Source: an uncultured Gemmatimonadota bacterium | GTDB lineage: Bacteria > Gemmatimonadota > CAZMKB01 > CAZNLH01 | Length of the DNA stretch: 57,117 nucleotides | Direction: 5' to 3' | Assembly: GCA_964442125.1 (NCBI GenBank) | Contig: CAYTWO010000004.1 | Location: 1-57,117, forward strand | Shown here: one piece after another, positions 27,230 through 35,600 of the stretch | Position numbering within the stretch: the first letter of the stretch is position 1 | Layout: each line of letters begins with the position of its first letter | Position numbers and translations under genes: made by a program | Notes under the pieces: generated by a model | What the model saw: only the letters and a program-made list of their open reading frames with translations | What the model was told of the DNA's origin: nothing | Database searches by the model: none

Positions 27230-29689
27230 ATGGCGGAGTGGCTATTCCTGTGGACGGGATATGTCATAACACGTGAAACCTACCTTGATCTGGGGATCAT
27301 TCTTCTTGCAACAACGTCTATTGTCTTCCTCATTCGGTACCTCTTCAACAGGAAGTTTGGGAATCGGATGGGCGAATTTGAGATCCTGAAAGAAAAATAC
27401 AGTTGTCTCTTGAACGGCTGTAGTGACGCGGTCTTGATCTTTTCCCGCGGTGATGGAAAGGTTATCAAGTGGAATCAGAGCCTGTCGAACCTTACCGGTT
27501 ACAGCAAGCGGGATCTCCAGCAGGGGACCATACAATCCTTGATGGTTTCCACGGGCACACAGGAATCTCGGGAGGCACTCAGCAGGATTCAGGCGGGGGA
27601 AACGGTTGATACCGATCTCCTCCACCTTATGAAAAAGGATGGAACACTGGTCCCTGTGACCACCAGTTCTGCGTTGATTCCCAGGACTCCTGATGGATCA
27701 GGATTTGTTCAGATTATTATCAATGATTTGAGCCTCAGAAACTCCCTCCATGACAAACTTTCCAGGAGAAACAAAATGCTTGCCGCTATCGGTATCATCA
27801 CCAAGTTGCTGAATACCGGTGATGACACTCCAGGGAAGTTTAAAGGGCTCGTTCGCGTTATCGGTGAGGTAATGGAGAGTGACATCACATCTCTCCTGTT
27901 CCTTGATCAGGGTGGCGAGGTTGATTTGAGCTTTCAGTTCGATTCAAAAAATTCAGAGCAGATTAAGCGTTCATCCATGGAACTCGATGATGATTCGATC
28001 TACAGATGGGTTTTCTCCAACAAGAAGCCACTGTTGCAGGAGGAACTTGTTGGAGAAAAAGGATTTTCTGAAGATGTTGAGTTATACGGCCAGGGTGTGC
28101 GTTCATACCTCATCCTCCCCCTTGTGTTGCGAGACAAAGTGATGGGAGCCCTCGGCGTCTTCAACAGGGATCCAGGTGGGATACAGGAGGAAGATGCGGA
28201 GATACTGGGACACATTGCCTCGCATCTGACACTTGGAGTCAACAATATTCAGCTCCAGCGAGAGGCTGAGAAAAAAGCCCAGCGTTTGAAGCAGATACTT
28301 GTAACGAGCAATAGTTTCAGGCTTCAGGTGTTTCTCGATGATCTCCTGAGAGAGATCGTATGGTCCATTCGTTTTTCGACCGGCTTCAACTTTGTCCTGT
28401 TGAGTATGCTCAACAATGAAACAAAGAGGGTGGAGATCAAGGCGCTCGCGGACAACGAGAAGGGTGCAATGAAGAGGTTGATCGGAACGACGTACTCGTG
28501 GGAATCATTCCATAAACTAATGAAAGATGAACAGAAGGTCAGCCATTCCTATCTTATCGACCGTGATGGTGAAGTATTAGTAAAGATTAAGGAACTGATT
28601 TCCGGGAATGGTGAGGCGGGTGAAAAGAAAGAAAGGAAGAAGAAGGGTTATGCCCTCTTCGTTCCGATAGAGACAAGGCTCGGCAAGATTGTCGGTTTTC
28701 TCCTGGTAGATGATTCTCGAGAATTGGACAGTCGGTCTATCGAAGCGATTCAGACGATGGAGATCTTTGCAAACGAAGTAGCTGTTGTTATAGACAACCA
28801 GAGACTTTTTGAAGAGGCGAAGAAGAAAAGCGAAGAGCTGGAAGAATTGAACATGGAACTTCAGGTTTCAAAGGTGAATCTTGAAGACGCAAAAAAGATG
28901 CTGGAGGAATCGAACAAGGAACTCGAAAAGGTCAATGCAGAATTGCGGGAAGTTGACAAACTCAAGGCTGAATTCTTACAAAACGTAACTCACGAGTTGA
29001 GAACTCCTCTCGCCCCCATTATGGTAAACTCCGAAGTCCTCCTCCTAAAGAAAATAGGAGACCTGACTCCTGTTCAGGAAGAGATAGTTCAGTCAATATT
29101 TCAGAGTACCAAACGACTCAATTCCCTTATCGATGACCTGCTCGATCTCACGAAGATGGAATCCGGCAAGCTGAAATATCAATTTACCCTGGTGAACCCT
29201 GAAAGCCTGGTCAACAGCAGCCTGGTGGAGACCTATCCGTTCGGCCAGGAGAAGAATATCACGATGAACAAATATCTCGATTATGGAGATCTGCATATCC
29301 ATGGTGATGCCGGTCGTCTCATCCAACTCCTCACCAATCTCTTGAGGAATGCCGTCAAGTTTACACCTGAAGGGGGGAGGATAGATCTGACCGTAAGAGG
29401 AATTGATACGGACAAGATCGAGCTGAAGGTTTCCGATACCGGTGTAGGGATCCCGGCTTCCAAGCTTGGTAAGATATTCGACCGTTTTTATCAGGTCGAT
29501 GGATCCGCCACGAGAAAATACAAGGGAGCTGGACTGGGTCTCGCGATCGTCAAAAGGATTGTGGAAGCCCATCATGGCGAGATCCATGTCGAGAGCAAAG
29601 AGGGGGAGGGAACAACGGTATCGGTTCTCCTTCCGGCAAGAAGAGGAAAGATCAAAGAAGAGGAGAAGCTGATCCCGTCGTTGGGTTAG
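27230..29689 (+). CDS. Sensor histidine kinase (TM-PAS-GAF-GAF-coiled coil-HisKA-HATPase), orphan
   Basis: 819 aa with one N-terminal TM and a PAS domain (AVLIFSRGDGKVIKWNQSLSNLTGYSKRDL). GAF-like regions and a long coiled coil (EELEELNMELQVSKVNLEDAKKMLEESNKELEKVNAELREVDKLK) follow. H-box FLQNVTHELRTPL, N box LLRNAVKFTP, and G boxes DTGVGIP and GAGLGLAIV. It starts 1 nt after the ABC ATPase stop. Confidence 0.9.
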   Translation: MAEWLFLWTGYVITRETYLDLGIILLATTSIVFLIRYLFNRKFGNRMGEFEILKEKYSCLLNGCSDAVLIFSRGDGKVIKWNQSLSNLTGYSKRDLQQGTIQSLMVSTGTQESREALSRIQAGETVDTDLLHLMKKDGTLVPVTTSSALIPRTPDGSGFVQIIINDLSLRNSLHDKLSRRNKMLAAIGIITKLLNTGDDTPGKFKGLVRVIGEVMESDITSLLFLDQGGEVDLSFQFDSKNSEQIKRSSMELDDDSIYRWVFSNKKPLLQEELVGEKGFSEDVELYGQGVRSYLILPLVLRDKVMGALGVFNRDPGGIQEEDAEILGHIASHLTLGVNNIQLQREAEKKAQRLKQILVTSNSFRLQVFLDDLLREIVWSIRFSTGFNFVLLSMLNNETKRVEIKALADNEKGAMKRLIGTTYSWESFHKLMKDEQKVSHSYLIDRDGEVLVKIKELISGNGEAGEKKERKKKGYALFVPIETRLGKIVGFLLVDDSRELDSRSIEAIQTMEIFANEVAVVIDNQRLFEEAKKKSEELEELNMELQVSKVNLEDAKKMLEESNKELEKVNAELREVDKLKAEFLQNVTHELRTPLAPIMVNSEVLLLKKIGDLTPVQEEIVQSIFQSTKRLNSLIDDLLDLTKMESGKLKYQFTLVNPESLVNSSLVETYPFGQEKNITMNKYLDYGDLHIHGDAGRLIQLLTNLLRNAVKFTPEGGRIDLTVRGIDTDKIELKVSDTGVGIPASKLGKIFDRFYQVDGSATRKYKGAGLGLAIVKRIVEAHHGEIHVESKEGEGTTVSVLLPARRGKIKEEEKLIPSLG

Positions 29690-29746
29690 TATAACCTAAG
29701 CTGAGTGATTCTCTCACTCGAACTGCACGCATCTCTTGCGCGCTAA

Positions 29747-29901
29747 GTGGTCAGATTCATAAATACGATGCCACCGATGCATCCCGCTCCACTGCGTTGA
29801 TCGTCGGTTAAATACCACAGCGGGTATTCGCCCTCCTCACGCCTTGTGGATCGGTTGCCTCGACTGCCTCGGTGCGTCACCGTATTTATAAACCGGACCA
29901 C
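29747..29901 (+). mobile_element. 155-bp miniature element (third family) nested in the MITE
   Basis: Own imperfect TIRs: GTGGTCAGATTCATAAATACGATGCCACC (29747-29775) versus the reverse complement of GGTGCGTCACCGTATTTATAAACCGGACCAC (29871-29901). It is absent from the otherwise collinear copies at 1309-1477 and 31224-31391. Confidence 0.65.
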
Positions 29902-29956
29902 AGAGCTTTTCAAAAAGCCTCGACAGACCTCACGGGTATGCCTGCGTTTTTTTCAA

Positions 29957-30044
29957 CCGAGTTGAGCTGCAGGCCGAGAGAATGGAGGACTGTCAGTTCC
30001 AACTCGGTTATCAAAGGCTGCGCTCTGAGTCTGCCTTTGATGAA
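29957..30044 (+). repeat. Two-hairpin ~88-bp miniature repeat (second family), nested copy
   Basis: Inserted between TTTTTTTCAA and CTTATC of the host element. Aligns with 8752-8836. Confidence 0.65.
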
Positions 30045-30089
30045 CTTATCACATCAAGATATCCGCACATTTCTTCCCGACAGAATCGC

Positions 30090-31100
30090 TCAGATTAGGC
30101 ATATGGCAGTTTCTGTCATTTGACTGAGAAAGAGTCTGGAATGTAGTCCATGCTCTTTTTCTGTGATTTTGCATCCACCTCTGTCGACTTTGGAACCCGC
30201 GGGTGTGCCGGGACATTCGTCTATACCGTCATATACACCATCACCATCGGTATCCTTCGGGCAGCCGTTGCTGTCGACCCGGGCTCCTGGAGGAGTGTCC
30301 GCGCAATTATCCAGTCCGTCGAACGCACCGTCTTTATCCGAATCCAGGGGACACCCCCTCCGATCGACAATGGCACCTGTCGGCGTATTTGTGCATGTGT
30401 CCAACCCATCATAAACACCATCGCCATCGCTGTCGATAGGACATCCCCTCTCGTTGACCAGCGCTCCAGGGGGTGTATCCGGACAGTCGTCTTTTTTGTC
30501 GAACACGCCATCTCCATCGGTATCTGTCTGTGGAACACCCCCGAATTGAAAGACCGCTGAGGCTGTCGCACCTAAGTTGTGCAGGGTCTGATCGCTGCCG
30601 TCTCCCGGGTCGACACTGAATACGATATCCCGCAGATCGAGACGGAATCCTCCTTCCTCCGATACCAGGATTTTAATCCCTCCACCGAACGTGTAGAATG
30701 CCTCACTCGGTCCCTCATTGGATACCTCGGAAAAGTTCTTTATTAATCCTACACCTCCCCTTGCGTAAGGGGTGAATCGAGATTTTGTGAGGTGGAAAAC
30801 AGCGGCACCATCCAGGAGTCCGAGGTTGTACTCTCTTGATGCAAATGGGTCCTGGTTGCGAGTCGGGGACCAGTGAAAGGATCCCTCCGCGGCGAACCTG
30901 TCGGTGAGGTTATAGGAGACGTTCATCCCCAGCAGGGCGGACCTTGCGTCGAGGTCGAATCTCTGATCGCTGACGTCTGTGTAAAGGATCCCGAAAGAAG
31001 GTGAGAACTGAAAGCTCTTTGCACGAACCTGACACTCTCCATTGGAGATGGGTGCTAAAAGCACAAACGAGAGGAGAAAGCCAGTAAATACAATATTCAT
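30090..31100 (-). CDS. Outer-membrane beta-barrel protein with four thrombospondin-type-3 (TSP3) calcium-binding repeats; OmpA C-terminal domain absent
   Basis: 336 aa with a signal peptide (MNIVFTGFLLSFVLLAPISNG). An 8-strand-type barrel region is followed by 4 x 30-aa repeats D[TS]D[GK]DG[VA][YF]D..D.C..TP.GA.V...GC. It ends in an unrelated 26-aa tail whose stop codon lies inside the MITE terminal repeat. Confidence 0.75.
   Translation of the reverse strand: MNIVFTGFLLSFVLLAPISNGECQVRAKSFQFSPSFGILYTDVSDQRFDLDARSALLGMNVSYNLTDRFAAEGSFHWSPTRNQDPFASREYNLGLLDGAAVFHLTKSRFTPYARGGVGLIKNFSEVSNEGPSEAFYTFGGGIKILVSEEGGFRLDLRDIVFSVDPGDGSDQTLHNLGATASAVFQFGGVPQTDTDGDGVFDKKDDCPDTPPGALVNERGCPIDSDGDGVYDGLDTCTNTPTGAIVDRRGCPLDSDKDGAFDGLDNCADTPPGARVDSNGCPKDTDGDGVYDGIDECPGTPAGSKVDRGGCKITEKEHGLHSRLFLSQMTETAICLI
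30171..30527 (-). repeat. Coding tandem repeat: four 90-nt TSP3 units
   Basis: Amino acids 192-310 of the OMP form four in-frame 30-aa units. This region also generates several spurious alternative-frame ORFs (30150-30571). Confidence 0.85.
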
Positions 31101-31223
31101 GCTTCTACTCCTTTGTATATATTGGTGAAAAATCTGGATATAAGGTCTTGCTTAGTATCTCTCTAACATATATGAGGTACCTGGTGAATAAGTCAACAGA
31201 AACGTGAACTGCCTGGACTCGAC

Positions 31224-31391
31224 TATAACCTAAGTTGAGCGATTCTCTCACTCGAACTGCACGCCTCTCTTGCGCGCTAACTCTTTTCAAAAAGCCTCGA
31301 CATACCCTCTGGGTATGGCTGCGTTTTTTTCAAAGCTTATCGCATCAAGATATCCGCACATTTCTTCCCGACATAATCGCTCAAATTAGGT
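31224..31391 (+). mobile_element. Full copy of the MITE-like element
   Basis: TATAACCTAAGTTGAGCGATTCTCTCACTCG...CATACCC-TCT-GGGTATG...T7...CGCTCAAATTAGGT. Collinear with 1309-1477. Lies between the divergent OMP and uppP genes. Confidence 0.78.
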
Positions 31392-31443
31392 GTCACGTGA
31401 TCATCAGAAGTGGACCTTATCCTACTATAGGGCATCGAAATCA

Positions 31444-32376
31444 ATGGTTGCTTTTTACCTTGGTATAAATATATTTCGACGTGTCTGGCCGATTCATCCG
31501 CTCGAGATCAAGTTAGGTTATAGAAAGGAGATAACTGAAATCAGTGTTATAGAGTCATGCTTGCTCGGTCTGGTCCAGGGATTGACCGAATTCCTGCCGA
31601 TCAGCAGTTCGGGACACCTGGTCATCTTTCAAACTATTCTCGGTATCGAAGGAGCGACCTTCTTCTTCGACCTTCTGCTTCATTTCGGGACTCTGGGGGC
31701 AGTAGTGGTCGTCTACCGGCAAGACTTTATCCACTTGGTAAAGCGTTTATACAGTTGGAGAGCCCTGCCCGATAAGGGTATAGAAGAGAGAAGAGATTCG
31801 TGGTTTCGGGACGAAGACCTGAGACTCTGGGCAATGATCCTAACGGGATCCGTGCCCACATTTATTCTGGCTTTTCTTTTCCATGCCCCCGTTGAGAAGG
31901 CTTTTCATACATCGGGAGTTGTTGGGATTTCACTGTTGTTGACCGGATTGCTACTGGTGATAACCCGATGGATAAAAGGGGAAGGTAGGGGGATCCAGCG
32001 GATGAGAATAGTCGATGCGCTTGTCATTGGAATTGCCCAGGGTATAGCCGTGGTTCCAGGGATATCGCGGTCTGGGATTACGATTGTAACCGGTTTGGCA
32101 AGGGGACTGAAAGGAGATGTCGCGGCAAGGTTTTCCTTCCTTTTATCCGTCCCTGCAATTGTAGGTGCAATCGCCTTCAATGTATGGCATCAGGGTGGAG
32201 TTAATGGGAGTTTCGGCCTAACTGTAGAGCTGATCGGGTGCGTAACTGCCTTTTTCACCGGTATCCTTGCCATGAAGGTGGTTATTGGTCTTGTGAACTC
32301 AGGGAGACTGTACGTCTTTTCTTTCTATTGCATAACGCTTGGCATCCTCGTAGTCTTATATGGTTGGGGACAATAA
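31444..32376 (+). CDS. uppP: Undecaprenyl-diphosphate phosphatase
   Basis: The conserved N-terminus LLGLVQGLTEFLPISSSGHL begins at 31561, and GIAVVPGISRSGITI is also present. The start is ambiguous. The only in-frame ATG is 31444. AGGAG at 31526-31530 is followed by ATC (31540), and TTG at 31561 is also possible. Confidence 0.85.
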   Translation: MVAFYLGINIFRRVWPIHPLEIKLGYRKEITEISVIESCLLGLVQGLTEFLPISSSGHLVIFQTILGIEGATFFFDLLLHFGTLGAVVVVYRQDFIHLVKRLYSWRALPDKGIEERRDSWFRDEDLRLWAMILTGSVPTFILAFLFHAPVEKAFHTSGVVGISLLLTGLLLVITRWIKGEGRGIQRMRIVDALVIGIAQGIAVVPGISRSGITIVTGLARGLKGDVAARFSFLLSVPAIVGAIAFNVWHQGGVNGSFGLTVELIGCVTAFFTGILAMKVVIGLVNSGRLYVFSFYCITLGILVVLYGWGQ

Positions 32377-32617
32377 CCCCCGTATTTTTCCTTAATTGCC
32401 GCTCTAATGGTGATATATGCCTCGTTTTCGTTGACAATTCGATTTATCTCCTTTATATTCATATAAAGAAGACTGAACGGAGTCCATAACCCACCAAGTA
32501 ACACCGATAAATTTCTTTTTAGTCCAAGCGTGTAATTCCTGCGGGTTTTAATGAAGATTTCTGGTTTGCAGTTTTCGATCAGTGATCGTTCCATTTCTTA
32601 CAACTCAAGGTAGTGTG

Positions 32618-35600
32618 ATGTCTGAATCCCACGATTCAAGCCGCAATATTAACGACAAAGACCCTTTCTGCCAATCCTCCTTAAACATCGGTAAACTCCG
32701 ACAACTGGTTGTAAAGGACGAACTCACCAGGCTTTACAATCGAAGATACTTTCGGCATCGACTGGCTGAAGAGTACAAACGGTGGAAGAGACAGAGACGT
32801 CCTTTCTCGTTGGTAATGGCAGACGTTGATGATTTCAAGGAAATAAATGACTGTTTCGGCCACCCTCTGGGTGATCGTGTCTTGATCGAAATCGCAGGCG
32901 TTCTTACAGCGTCTGTCAGGGACATCGACATCGTGTGTAGATATGCAGGAGATGAGTTTGTCCTCATTCTTCCCGATGTCGGTGAAGAGGGAAGTGTGGC
33001 AGTTGTGGAGAGAGTCGAAGAGAACATGGCGCGCTTTTCCTGGAGAGATCGACTGGAGGTCCCAATTCAAAAGGTATCTCTCAGTATGGGGTATGCGGTT
33101 TTACCTGATCACACCGATCGAGTGGATGAACTCATAGAAAAGGCCGATAAAGCCCTTTATTACTCGAAGAAAGTGAACAAACCATTCTGTTCTTACAGTG
33201 ATGACGTCGAGGCAGATTTATCTGTGCGGGAAAGCGACCAAAGCAGCATGGCCTACCCAATGATAGGGCGCACAAGGGAGAAAAAAGACCTCTTCAAAAT
33301 CCTCGAGCAGGTTTTGGGTGGGAACGGTAAACTTATTCTAATCCGTGGGGAATTGGGTATGGGGAAGACAGTGCTTCTCAATGAACTCGAGGATAGGGCC
33401 AAAATGCTGGGTTTTGTTCTATTTAAGGGGAATTGCTTTCCGGAGACACGGGATATTCCATTCCACCCGTTGTTTAACGTGGTTGAGAGTGCTATAAAGA
33501 GCAAGGATAACGCTGGATTGACCAATGGACTTCCGGAGGCATGGAGGGAAGAGGCGAAAAAGATCCTCTATACCGAAAACAGAGAGTCGAAAATATCTAA
33601 CGAGTTAGAGAGTGGACTGAGGGAGGAACTGTATCAGGACGAGTTCAGGATTTTTGAGGTTTACTCATCCTTTTTAAACACCATCTCATCATCGAGCCCA
33701 GTGATGATATCACTGGAAAACTTACAGTGGGTGGATCCGTCCAGCATCAAACTCCTGAAATATATAGGCAGGCAAATTCGGAGCAAGAGGGTCATGATCT
33801 GCGGAACGGTGAGGGAAAAGGGTTTCGGTGGTGTGGATGGAATGGAAATGTCCCTGCAGAATGAACTCCAATCTTTGAAGGAGGAGAATAATCTCAAGGA
33901 AATCGATCTGTATGGCCTCAAAGAAATGGAGATCTATGCTCTGATAGACAAAAAGGTGGAAGATAAAAAGATCAACCGTGCGTTCAAAGATAAAATTTTT
34001 CACCTGAGTGAGGGGAATCCGCTCTTTGCCAAAGAAATCCTCAATTACCTTCTGAGGGAAAAACGGGACCTCCTCGAGGAGACAAAATCGTGGGATCTTG
34101 TGCCACTTGACGAAATTGTCCCTCCAAATATCTGGGATCTTTTCGAGAGGAGTTTCGTCAATCTGGATGAGGAAGTGAATTCTGTCCTTTCATACGCCTC
34201 TGTGATAGGTAATGAGTTTGACTTCAGTATATTAATGGCGATATCCGGTAAAAACGAGGGACACCTCCTCGACATAATAGATATGGCCGTGAGTGAAGGG
34301 TTGATTAAGGAGATCGACCGGGAAGAAGGAGATCATTATGTCTTTACGCCCTTCCTTGTTGGTCGCCTCCTCTATCGTGGGCTCAGTGCTGGAAAACGTC
34401 GGGTTCTTCACAAAAAAGTCGGGGAGGTCCTGGAAATTATTCATGCTAAATCTCTGATCAATTACTACGGCATCATTTCCTTTCACTTTCAAAGGGCCGG
34501 TGAGTATAAAAAAGCTATTCGATACGCGACGTTGGCTGGAGAGCGTGCTCAAGAAGTCTATGCACAGAAAGAAGCGGTGGCGTTTTACACCTCTGCCATC
34601 GAGATGCTCGAGGAGGCATTCGTTCCTTATCCCCATGACAAGGCGGCCACTCTGTTCGGGAAACGCGGAAGGAGACTATTTGTACTTGGAGAATATCAAC
34701 GGTATATGGATGACTTTCATTCCATGTTGACATGCAGCCGTGAGGCAGATAGAAAGGACCTCGAGGGGAAGGCTATGGTCTATCTCTCCGGTTCTCTGTT
34801 GACAAGGGGAAATCTTGAGGAGGCGAGAGAATGGGCCGAACAGGCGGTGAAAATCGGTCGAGATCTCGATGACAAATCGATTATGATGCGGGCGCTCTCT
34901 GATCTTGGAGGTGTTGTTCTTCATATGAACCGGTTCGAGGATGCGCTTAACTATTACAACGAATCACTTCAATTGAGCCGGGATCTGAAAGACGAGCGGG
35001 CAATTACACGTAATCTCAGCAACATCGGTGTATACTACTGGTTCGTAGGGGAATATAATGAAGCGATTGAGTATTATAATCAGGCAATGAAACGTCTCGA
35101 GGAAAACGGAGACAAACATCTTCTCGCATTGAACCTGAATAACCTTGGTGCTGTCTACTACATTCTTGGAAAAATCAGAGGATCTATAAAGGCTTATCAG
35201 GAGTCGATCGTCCTGTCGCGTGAGACGAAAAACAAAGGGCTGTTGGCTTACAACTACAATAACCTGGGTGAGATTTATCAGGTACTCGGAGATTTAGAAC
35301 AAGCGAGTAAATACCACAAAGACGCCTTCAAGTTAGTCAGGGAGATCGGTGAGCGATACGTGGAGTGTGATATCCTGCGGAATATAGGCATCGATCTTCA
35401 TCTCGAGGGAAAGACGGCCGAAGGGTTGAGGTACTTGAAAAATGCCCTGAGACTTTCGAGGAAAGTGGGTAAAAACAATTTCGTGCTTGTCTCCCTTTTT
35501 GACATAGGGCGTATCTGGCTGGAGAGTGGCGAGGTGAACAAGGCTGAGATGATCTGTGAGGAGCTGATGCAGCGACTCGAGGAGACCGACAGCAGGGAAT

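Larger units (their letters stand above)
29690..30099 (+). mobile_element. Composite locus: MITE-like element carrying two nested miniature insertions
   Basis: The outer arms match the archetype (29690-29746, 29902-29956, 30045-30099). They are interrupted by a 155-bp element and an 88-bp element. The locus fills the entire convergent spacer between the kinase stop (29689) and the OMP gene end (30090). Confidence 0.75.

Noticed and set aside
30150-30571. Several 78-136-aa ORFs occur on both strands within the OMP gene.
   Set aside because: They are alternative-frame readings of the 90-nt TSP3 tandem repeats. The repetitive His/Pro/Arg-rich translations are artefacts.
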